A DNA stretch of 64,000 bases, taken from NCBI GenBank assembly GCA_047495785.1, contig JBLDXI010000032.1, positions 372,001-436,000 of the forward strand, in the 5' to 3' direction. The position numbers and the translations under genes were made by a program. This DNA comes from Lepidodermella squamata (Eukaryota; Animalia; Gastrotricha). Shown one piece after another: positions 26,711-37,647 of this stretch. Below the pieces are notes generated by a model. That model was not told the origin of the DNA. It ran no database searches and saw only the letters and a list, made by a program, of their open reading frames with translations. Positions within the stretch are counted from its first letter, which is position 1; every line of letters begins with the position of its first letter.

Positions 26711-28087
26711 ATGTCTCGCGACCGTGACGCCGATCCTGATAAGAAGATCTTCGTTGGCGGCATCAGCCGTGACACCGGTTTGTTCCCTAATTAGTAGTCG
26801 TCCTTCATGTGAATCACACCTTCCGTATCAGATGAGCGCGACCTGAAAGAAGAATTCGCTCGCTTCGGCCATATTTCCAACGTTTGGATCAGCCGAGATC
26901 GCCCTGGCTTCGGCTTCGTTGTCTTCGAAGACTCGCGCGATGCCGACGAGGCGTGCCGGAGCATGAATGGCCGAACTGTCTGCGGTGCTTCGAACGTTCG
27001 CGTCGAACCCAGTGGAGGTAAGGGTGAGAAAATTTTACTTTATTAAGGTGGAATTTTTATTTTCGCTTTTTCCACGAATTCGAAATTTTTATAATATTTT
27101 GTATTTCAGGCAAGCCACGTGGTCGTGGTGGACCGAGGGGTGGATTCCGCAGCGGCCGTGGCGGATCTGGTTGCTATCAATGCGGTGAGAATGGTCACTT
27201 TGCCCGCGAATGCCCGAACAGCCGAGGCGGCGGAGACCGTGACCGGGGACGCGATCGCCGAGATGACCGCGGCCGAGACCGTGACCGCGACGATCGCCGC
27301 AGCGGCCGTGGATACCGCAGGTTTGTTGCTTATCAAGCGAGTTTTCATCACGTACAACGTATAATCGCACCTATTATTGTGTGCTATCACGCCAGACAAG
27401 TGCTATAATATTATTTTCATATTTATTAATGCAGGATCTATCTTGAGGGTCCATCGCTCCTAGTTCTATGTTCATGATGTGCTTGTTCCCTACTTCACCA
27501 AATTTGATGATGATGAGATGATATCTTCCTCCTACTTCTAAAACGGGTGTCTGTTCTCGGAAAATCATGTTGATGATGATGATGAACAAAATTGGGCCTG
27601 CCGTGGGTCATCGGCGATCTGAGCACAAAAATCGGGATTTTGGCAGCAGCGTCCTCTTAATCTCCGTGTAGTTGCCCAGTCAGCTTCGAAGGCTGCTGCA
27701 GAAGTGTGTGCAAAAGGTCCCCGCCGCCGCAAAATTCCCATCACCCATCTGTCAACGAGAGTCAGCGTTGAACTAAAATCATTGCAGCTCCCTCAATGTT
27801 TTCTTCGTTCGCCGTCTCGTGAAAGTTTTGAGTCTCTGAAAAACTACTGAGTACCTACTACCCTGTTCTGAGAGAGAGTCTTAAAAATCTGTTCGTTCGC
27901 TACGATGAGCAGGTAATTTTTCTAATTATTCATCTGCGGAAAAGGGTTTACGCTTCACTTCTTAACACATCTTTATTAACTCCGACAAAAATCGTTAACA
28001 ATTTTTTGAAAAATATTCCCGATTTCTCATTTTTTTGTTTCTTTTTACAGCAGGGACGACGACCGCAGCCGATCACCTCGCCGTTAA
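26711..28087 (+). CDS. SRSF7-like RRM + CCHC zinc-knuckle protein, copy C (RD-rich)
   Basis: Exons 26711-26777, 26832-27017, 27110-27320, 28051-28087; KIFVGGI..NVWISRDRPGFGFVVFEDSRDADEA; CYQCGENGHFARECP; DRDRGRDRRDDR tract; ends RSRSPRR*. Confidence 0.88.
27435..27912 (+). other. Candidate poison (PTC) cassette exon in SR copy C
   Basis: Acceptor ..ttaatgcAG at 27433-34, donor CAG|GTAATT at 27913; in-frame TGA at 27475-27477; GAT-repeat tracts at 27506 and 27572. Confidence 0.55.
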
Positions 28088-29577
28088 CCGATTCGAGTCG
28101 CCGCCCGTTCGATGATGGATTGTTTCTGAATTTGATGAACAATTCTCTGACATACTGGCACTTTTGCTGTAAAATGATTGATGAATATTTCTTAAACCGT
28201 TCACTTCAAACCTACTTGATTTCTTTGCATAGCCGCTACCTGACTGACCTCGCGTGTTGATGTACTATATCGGAAAGATTGATACGTATAATTCGCTTCT
28301 CGCTTTGTATTTGTCAGTCAAAGATGGTATATTATTGCGACAAGCGGTTTTGGCTATTATGTAACCTTTGTTACGTTGTTTATAGTAAAAGTGTCTGTTT
28401 TAATTCAACGGTGCGTTTTTCATCCATTTGGTTCAGTGCCCAAATCAGAACTAATTCCAGCTGAAATGAATTGCAGATTGGCGTAGCTGCTGACAAACAT
28501 GTAAATAGGAAGTATTGAAACATTGGAGGTGTGAAGATGAGATTCAAAAGATGAAACTTGGGCGCCCAAGCTGAGGAGAAAGCAAGCTGAAATGTTAACC
28601 TTGGCCCAGAAAGGCTGTCTAGCCGAAATACTTCAGTAGATCAAGAGGAACCGGATGGGACATAGGTGAAAATTCTATGGAGTGAGAATGAAAAAAGCTA
28701 ATTTTCGTATTATATTTCGTATATTATGTATATGTCGACATATGCGGGCCTCCAGAGCTTACTTGGAATTAAGAGCATTATGAAGTTTTGGTGCACCAAA
28801 CTCAACCAATAGTGAACCCGTAGCCTTTTACCCCAAAATCAGAGAGCAAGTAATCTTTAAATCTTTTACGGCGGATATTTCGCGACAATTGGAATAGGTA
28901 CTACTAATTTTCGGTGGTCATCCATTATCGGTTTTAGGGATTTTAAGCCTGTATATGTAATTTCGGCGTATTTAAATTCGGTTTCAAGTTAGCCGCGGAA
29001 GAAACATTTATTCAATTCAATTATTATTCATTTTCGGTGTTTTTATTAATGTCGGTGATCCTGCAAAACCACCGGGTTCAAAGATTAATCACCTTCGAAG
29101 ATTAGTAGACGTACATGCCTTAGTTCTATTTTTCTCATTTTCGACAATTTTTCTCCAGAATAAAATTTCGATTCTGGACGCGAAACGACATCTAGCGTCT
29201 AGCAGCGGTCATAGTTGGCTCCCTAGAACCCTAGACACACACATATTCGCCAGAGCGGCCACTGAATTATCATATTGCAACTGTTTTATTGAGTAAATGA
29301 TATGGCACACAAAGTTTCACCGTTGTATGCGAGCTAAATGGCAGCATCTTGCAGCATTTGCCCTCTTCACCTCCGATATCGTTCGATATCGATTAGGTAT
29401 CAATTCAGAGGCATCACTCTCAATCACTCGGTAGAATATATTCGAGAAATGAATAGTATCATGCATCACGCGATAAACAAGCAAACTTCGAAGAGTTAAA
29501 TGCTGAACATATAAGTTTCAGCCAACAATCGAGTCAACAACGCTGAAAAAGTCATGTCGCTATGTGACGAAAGCGAT

Positions 29578-32302
29578 TCATTTAGCTTTCTTAGATTTCG
29601 GCGCGCTCATCGTGCTCAAGTTGCTCAGCTTCGTTTTCGCGTCTCGGTATTGATCAACGAGTTTCTTCAGTTCAACCCGGCGCTGAGTGATGCCCTCATC
29701 CTCAGAGAAGAGCTCCGACTGGCGGTCAGGATCAGGAACAACCTTTACCCAGTCTTGAAGTAGCGTTTTGCATAATTGTCGGCAAGTGCTCTCGACAAAA
29801 TGCAGCGAAATTGTTTGAACAATTTCCTTTCGTATTTCCTCACGAATTTTCGCCATATATTGTTGGGACAATTCCTCTGAATAACAAATTTTGATTGTGA
29901 ATGCAATATACGAAGCTATAACCATGACTCACTCGTATCTTCGAACGAAATTTGATCCAGTCGAATTTCACTCTCATTCTCTTCTTTTTCTTCGCCGTGA
30001 CTCGAACCTTGAAAATATAAAAAATTAATTTCAGCGAATATTAAGGGACTTTTACCTTCAGAGAGCCTCATTCTCTCAGCCCGGTGCTCGGCCATAGCCG
30101 CTACTTTTTCGCGCAACTCATCCTCAGAGATGAAACGCTTCAGGTCTCGCGAGGCGAGGTCCTCAACAGCAGTGGCAGCAGCTTCGAACTTCTCTGCAAG
30201 CAAATCGTTAGTCCGCTCCATCAATCGCCCGCGAAGTAGCGGTAGGCGCTGAAATTTCGCCTCGAGGCCCGGGTTAAGGTTGATGCACTCATCTACCTCG
30301 CTCATCATCAGCTCATTGACATTTTCGAGGCACGAATTAGCGGCAAGGGCGAAGTCGCTCAACATTTTACGGACAATTTCACGCACAGCTTTCTTCAAAA
30401 TTTGTTGGCGGCTAGTGTAGCCCTGTGAGAAAAATTTCAACGCAAAAAGAGATAAATTTTGAAAACAAACAGTGAGATTTCCAATGATAATTCGATACTG
30501 CTCATTGGTCAGTGCTTTTCCTTGTGTTTCCAGCGTCTCCGGTAGCAGCACCTCAAACGCCTCGCGTATTTTGTTTGTGATCGTAGGGCGAATGCCCGTT
30601 ATTACCCGTCCAGTTTCACACGACCGATGGCCGGTAATGGCGAAACGGTAGGCTTCGGAGTATTCCATTGTAATTTCGACAGCCAGAGCAAGCTAAATGA
30701 ATGATAAAAAAATAATATTAAAAAATGATTGAAAAATTGAAAACAAACATTTTCGTCGAAATTCTGCTCAGGCCCAAGCGCTTTACTCTCGGCTTTATAA
30801 GCGTTCAGCCTGTAGTCGATTTCCTTTATAACATCCGGAAGGGCTTCCTTGATTCTAGTCCACAGAATCTGTAAGAAAACAAGAAATTACAGCGTGTCGC
30901 ATAAGTAACGCAAGCAAAGAAAAGGGTTCAGAAACTCTAAAATGAGAGACGAAGTCACATCTTCTCATGGCAGACAATTTTTAGAAAAATAAAAAACCCC
31001 AAGAGAATAGTAATCAAGTATGTCACTTGCTAATGGAATTGAAAAAGTCCGGAGAACGTTGGTCAAACCGTGTAAAATCCCGAAAATTACCGAATCAGTT
31101 ACCATCGGGGTTTTCCGCCGTGTTTTCTCTGGTAAATTTTTTTTCTTCGGTTAAATCGAGGATAAAAAAATTCGAGTTCTGGTGAAATCAGGTGCTGAAG
31201 CCTCAAATTTAGTGCTGTAAACCCAAATTAGGGTGTCCAACCTTCGACAATTGATAGGATTTTTTATATTGAAAAATATCGGTTCTACGGAATAAAATGT
31301 AGAAAGCTACGACTGGAGTGTGGAATTTGAAAAAAATGAAATTATGATCAATCCTACTTTGCCAAGCAAGTCGGCCAAGTTTCGCGATCCTTGCTTGCTA
31401 GCCACTGAAGCTCCTAAATTTTCCTTCAGCCAGCTCTCTTCCTTCTTCAAAGCCGCTCCTAAAGGCACACCGGCGTCTAATTCTTTTTGCGAACGATTCA
31501 TGACACCAATAACGCCAAGTTTCGCGACATCAGCCGCATTCTCGTCAAGCAGCATCTTTTGAACGCTTCCAACATCGGCCATGTCCAGCTTTGTCAAAAC
31601 TATGCACGTTCGGCCACCACTGTCATCGACTTCTTTCGCGAAGACGAAGGCGCGATTTGCTTTGTAATCCTCGGTCGCAGAAGCCACCAGCACAATTGTA
31701 GTTTCCTTGGAACTTGCATAACTTTTCCACAATTCGACGATAAATTCCGAGATATCCTTCTCGTTCTGCTTACGACCGTCGAACAACAAACCAGGCAGAT
31801 CGACGAAAGACAATGGGGCGGCGTCTTTCACGTGCAAATCCATAAGAATCGGCATTTTTGACAACTGGTCACACTCCGGAGCGAGGGTAGCGCTGAACTC
31901 ACGAATCTGATTGGAAATTGAGCTAGCTTCAACCGTTTTGGTGATTTTTTGCTCATTGTCGTAAATAGTCAACTTTGCCCAATTGACATCACCGAATTCT
32001 GTGAAAATTTTTAAACAATTGAAGGTAAAATTTTAATAGCCGGATAATATTCTACCTGGATGTGGAGTTGTACGCGGCAAGAGTTTGATTTCCAGCGGAC
32101 ACTTGGTGACCGTCTCGCGACCCTTCGGCAACATTTCGATTCCTACTAGTGTTTCGACAGTCGATGATTTGCCATGCGACTGCATGCCGATAAACACAAG
32201 CTTCGGGGTTCGAAGGGTTTTGAACCCAGCCATTTCGTCATCGCCTAGCGTATCCAAAATACGCTGTGCATCAGTGTAAGCGCTCAAACTTGCGTTGAAC
32301 AT
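29578..32302 (-). CDS. Divergent dynamin-superfamily GTPase (Drp/Mx-like, no evident PH/PRD)
   Basis: Multi-exon; G1 VFIGMQSHGKSS, G2 ETVTKCPL, G3 FVDLPG, G4 VLTKLD, GVMNRSQ; middle domain and GED-like end (FSEDEGITQRRVELKK). Confidence 0.85.
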
Positions 32303-33136
32303 CGTGAATCTAACTTTTCTAAAATGATATATAAAGGGGCGGTTGGGACGTAAAATAAAAATATCTGGTAGCCGGTTTTTCTCGCCAAAAAACGTTAGAG
32401 CTCTTCATGCGGCAAGATAGGCCACTTACGGTGGCTTAAATTACCGCCGCGGCTTTTTATCAAAACGCTATCTCACGTCGATTCATTTTTCCTTTGCTGG
32501 GCAGATTACTATAAAGAGGTGCAGATAAATCCAGACAACAGGTACTAATAATGAAGTAGAGAGGAAATTCGACGGTATTGTGCGATTTTAGGCGTAATAA
32601 ATCGGTGTTGCTGCAATGTGTGAACAGCCTGAAAGCACGAGGTCTTTGGGCAATATCGAATAGATTATTACTTGACGTGAGGTGTCGAGCAAAAGCGCGG
32701 GGTTTTATTACGATCTCTTATTTGACCCAGCAGACTTCGCAATCTGGTCATAATAAAAAACCATTCTACGCTGTTCACGCGCGCTAACGCACGACGATAA
32801 AATTGTGTAAATCAAAATAAAAGCATGAAGATCAAGATTTTTGATAATCACGCAACTTTTCGGGAACTTCAATCGGGAACTGAGTAATTTGGCCTGGGAA
32901 CTAGGTTAGTAGCTAAGGTCACACAGTCGACCGATTTCTCACATTGCCAACAACTCAACATTTACCGAGGCTAAATTACATAAATTGACGAAGTATGCAA
33001 AAATAGGTACTGCACGCGTGGTAGGTGGTGGATATTTATTGAACTTAGCCGTACCTTCCAGTCATCATGTGGCTAAAAAAAACTTCATCAAAAATAATCA
33101 TCTGAATTTTTTCGTTTTATTTTATCATTTTTAGCA

Positions 33137-34384
33137 TCAACAATACATGCAGCCTAGCACAATACCTGCTGCTAACAAAGTGAAAAGAAGAACCAAGCCA
33201 AATGTTAAAGCGATCACAATCCATGGATTCATCATTGGAGCTGGCGTCGTTGGCCCCCTTGGTGCCGGTCCTGAAGCGGGGGAAATAAAGTGCTTACCCG
33301 TTTTCAATGAAAATTCAATGACCCACCTTCAATAAATATTGTAACCGGACCATCGTCATCAAGTGTCGTAGCTAGATTTATTGATTTAGTCGAACGCATT
33401 GGTCTAGTTCTGGGGCTAGGCTTAGCAGTGATAGAACCGGATGCCGGAGCAGTAACAATCGCAACTTGTGTCTGCTTAATGTCGCTCGGCGTTGATGTTG
33501 GCCCAATGAAAACACACCTTATTAATTGAATTATTTGATTTTTCTCTAAGCGACGGAGTCTGCAAGGTTCTACCTGCCCGGTGCGCTCCAAACTCCGTTT
33601 GAGCCACAGGTGATGAAATCTGGACCGCTGATAGCGTAACCTTCATAACATGTCACATTACGCCTCGCCCCAACTTTCGAACTCCCAGACCAAACAAGAC
33701 CATTTTCTACACCCGAGTTCAACCCAAGAGGGCAATTAGTGATTGGGTCACAATTTGGCACGCCAAGCCATGCGCCAGTTGCTAGGCAAACCACTCGAGC
33801 ATCACTAGAGATGGCATAACCCTCTCGGCACGTTGCCAGAAGTGTAGTAGCTACAGGGAATGATGAATCCGCCCCAACAGGTTGCCCGAGGTAAAGTAGT
33901 CTCCCATTTTCGATCGCCGGAACCCGACACTTGGATAGATTGAAAATATTTAAAATTTAAATTTTCCTTAGGCAGTTAATTACCACGATGTCTCTTGAAG
34001 GACTGCTAGGAGCTACTGTCGTGGGTGGGGGCGCTCTGCACTTCCCAAGTTGCGGAATGAGGTCTCCAGAATCAAGGCATAGAGATTGAGGAAAACCGCT
34101 TTCAAGACCAAACGTGCATCGCAGGACTACTTGCATGCCGGGGGAAACGAAAGTCCCAGGAGTTAGAGGAAAGTTAGTGTCGCTAAGAGTGCCGTAAATC
34201 GGTTCTCGTGGCAATCGGCATACTACAACGTTATTGCGTAATGTCGTCTGGTTGAATTTAATAGAATTTCAGTGCTCTTCATAAAAAAAATGGATCAAAC
34301 CGTTTTGTTTTGAGCTGCCACTAGCGTGATTGCGCTAAAAATTGCCAACAGTAATAACTGATTGGTCTGTGACATCGAGTTCAT
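33137..34384 (-). CDS. Single-pass membrane protein with about three sushi/CCP domains and a Thr/Pro-rich stalk
   Basis: Signal peptide (LLLLAIFSAITLVAA); C..C.G......C...G.W....C repeats (e.g. VTCYEGYAISGPDFITCGSNGVWSAP); TM WIVIALTFGLVLLFTLLAAGIVLG then CMYC*. Confidence 0.75.
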
Positions 34385-34892
34385 GGTGGTGACGAGATAG
34401 CTGGTAAAAAATTAAGTTTTTCGTAACAAAACGCTCCACATGCCTGCTTGTACTGGGATCTTCAACTTATTGCACATCCTGACTCCGCACTTGTATGCGC
34501 TTTTGCCACATTTTTTGTTTTCGCTCATTAGATGAATAGGCCGGTGCGGATGACGATAGCGGAGTACTAAAAGCCATGACTTCTTTCGTTCCAGGTTTGT
34601 GCTGGCTTTAAAGTAGTAATTAAAAAAGAAGTGACAAAGGGAATAAATAGCCGTTGGCCCACTAGATTCTGATGTTCTGCTTTTCTCAGCTATTTTTAAC
34701 ATCTACAGATTCTCTGCAGATATTCTCTGCATCTTTCAGGTCCCGAATAGGATAACTGCTTTTTTCCAAATTAACGTGGAATATATTTCGAGATATGGAT
34801 TACAAAAGAGAAAAAACTTCATTTGATATTTATACTTGAAAATTGCACTGCAATCAAGTAATACAAATTACATCACAATTCACGACAGAATA

Positions 34893-35772
34893 CACAGTAA
34901 AAAAAAACTCGGTTTTCACCCAGTTGGAAAAACGGAATTTACCGTGCAGCGTTTACGGAACCCGGTAAATACCAGATGACAACCGAGTTTTTGCTACTTT
35001 TCGCAGTAACCGACCTAGTGCAACCCAGTAAGAACCATGCATCTACGAAATATCGGTTATGAACCTGGTTTGTACCGACTTTGTACCGACTTTTTGCCGC
35101 ATTTTTACAGAAAATATTTCCAAGTCCCTATTCCTATTGGATCGCATGATGAATTGCACTCCCCCTCGAAAATTAGGTAGGGTATGCAGTGGGCAACTTC
35201 ATACAGCTGGCATACAGTTCGCAAACGCTAATTTGAAAAAATTGGAAAAATTCATGAATAACTTAAGAGTCGTTATTAAGGTCATGTGTAGAAGTAGGAG
35301 CCGTGGTCTAGTGGTAACGCGCGCGCTGTATGATGCCAAAGTCCCAAGTTCGAGCCTCGCTGGTGACGTAAGTTAACTTATCATTTAATTTGTTTAGTAT
35401 TCTTTCAAATATTGTTTCTAATCGATATTAGGCGTAATCTGGGTTACAGATGCCAATATCGATTAGAAAAATCGATTTTTCATTTATTATCGATGATTTT
35501 TAATAATCGAGGTGTCGTTACTCGGTAAATACCGAGCTCACAGCTATATCGGTAAATACCTATCCGAAAGCTGAATGGGTTATTACCGTGTTTTTCGAAG
35601 CTCGGTTAGTTCCAACCAGGTTTTAACCGTGTTCGATGGAACCCGGTAAAACTCCAAAACCCGGTAATGACCGAATGTGCACAAGGTTTTGTCCCTTTTC
35701 GATTAACATGTAAACTGGTTATTACTGGGTAGCTTATTTGGCACGGTAAACACCGAGTTTTTTTTTACTGTG
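34893..35772. mobile_element. Non-autonomous TIR DNA transposon (MITE-like; CAC termini, possibly CACTA/Chapaev group)
   Basis: Perfect 21-bp [24 protein letters not shown] (34893-34913 / 35752-35772), flanked by TA on both sides; many internal CGGTAA/TTACCG motifs; no transposase. Confidence 0.85.
35298..35368 (+). pseudogene. tRNA-derived segment (A box + B box) inside the MITE
   Basis: TGGTCTAGTGG (35304-35314) and GTTCGAGCC (35348-35356) at tRNA spacing, but acceptor and anticodon stems do not pair. Confidence 0.6.
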
Positions 35773-35792
35773 TAGATACAGTTTATGAGGAC

Positions 35793-37647
35793 TTATTTGA
35801 CAAGGAAGGATGCGGGGAGGCAGCTGTTTCTGGGCTTGAGTTTACGGCAGAGGTATTCGTTCCGGATCTAGAGGTCGAACGTTTTCTGGGAGGAGTTTTC
35901 GAACCGCATGAGACACCGTCGTGGCTGGACAACTTTTCGCAAGCACTTAAAAAAAAGTACAAAAAATGTCACTCGGAAAAAATCACAGTCGCGAAATGAC
36001 TCACTAGCATTGACGGAACGACCTTCTGCTAGAATTCAACCCATCACTTGATGATAACGACGATGATGTGCTGAATCGTGGTCGAGAAGATACAGCACTT
36101 CCCAACGAAGATTTACGAGATTGGACAGGGGATGCGTTCGAAAACTGAGGCAAAGAACCAGCGGATGCCAATCGGCGAACTCGACTCGAAGTTCCTCTTG
36201 AAGATGAGCCGTCATTTTCCGGCTCGATGGATGATATCGAATCACTCATCTGAACCGTTTTCTTTATCCGTTTTGGCGTTTGAGTAACTTCAGCAGGTAC
36301 GGCAATCTCGAGATTTTTGTTTCCCGCAAACTTTACCATGGTTTCCGGAGTATAATGGATGTCATCGAACTGGCGTGCTGGCTGCTCTTGAGAGGTTTGA
36401 GGGGCCAGCCTGACGTCAGCCAATTCAGGAGATGGTATGAACGGCAAAGGTGGTATAAGATTTCTTCGCTCGCTGCTCTTGAACGCCTGTTGTTGGTTCC
36501 CAACAGCTTCTCCGACCTTGCTGAAATCCAATGTTAAGTTGTTGTAAGTTGATTGTTGAGATTTGGACTGCGTTTTGGTATAATGGCTATCATGTGTCAA
36601 TCGGTCATGTCCTCTTGAGTCTGGGATGGCAACTGAATTGGAAGAAAATATCTGAAAATGGGTATTTTCGATCTTTATGCGAGGAATCTGTTGGCCCGAT
36701 TTCTCCTGATAGCCTGATGTTCGATTAGGACTGTTAAAAATGTCTCTCTCGAAATCATTCCCTGGTTTTATCGAATGGCCGTCACCAATTTGAAGCTCAT
36801 ATCCCGGAGCATTTAATCGAGTTCGCTTCGAATTCTCCCCGATTTCGCGAAAAGCATTGACCGATTTTCTTGATTCCAGTACTTCTTCGTAAACTTCCCT
36901 TCGTTCAACAATTGTGATTTGGGAAGATGGGTTGTTGAGGTTTCCGCTGTTACGAGGCTCTTCAACGGTTATAGCCGGAACACTCGGAACCCTACCAGCA
37001 CTTTGCAGGCCAGAGAATAATTGGGGTTTGGTCAATTTTCGTCGCTCCAAGCTTCCGAAAAGCTGGCTACTTTCAGCCTTCAAAGCCGATATGACCGCAT
37101 TTGATGAATGGTTAACGCTAAGTGAAGATTCACCGGATCTAATAACCATCTTCCTCGTATTACTCCCGTCGAAAGTTGGGCCGAAGTTCTCTTTCAGCAG
37201 GTTACCGGATGATTTCGATTTAGTAATCAGCACATTTTCCAAGTTTTTCCGCAGCTGGTCGATCGGAATATGATTTTCCTGGCCTTGGCTTTTCGAACCA
37301 ATCACTGACGTTAGGGGCGAATCAGCCGGGCCGAGAATGGCTACAGACAGGCGCTTATCAATCATTTCGAATGATTCGCCGGGTGGACCTTGGAAAGCCG
37401 GGGTCCATGGGTACTTCTGATAGCCAAAAGCTGATTCTGGAGGTTGCAGGTTCGTTTTATCCGAAAGTGGTCGCGATTTCGACTGTTCAAAGAAGTTTTT
37501 TCGATTATCCCTGTTCCGCTTCGAACAAGCGGCTATCTCAGCAGGATCCGAGGCGCTTGTGGTGTATGCGTGGTTTAAACATCTGCAGACTTGATGGCGA
37601 TGAGGTGGTGGGAAATTTTTGTAGTTGGGAGGCGATGTTGCCGACAT
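35793..37647 (-). CDS. Uncharacterised Ser/Pro-rich, probably disordered protein
   Basis: 591-codon ORF (likely start MSATSPP at 37647) spliced at TA|GTGAGT (36004) to a final exon 35946-35793 that stays open; no domain recognised. Confidence 0.7.
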
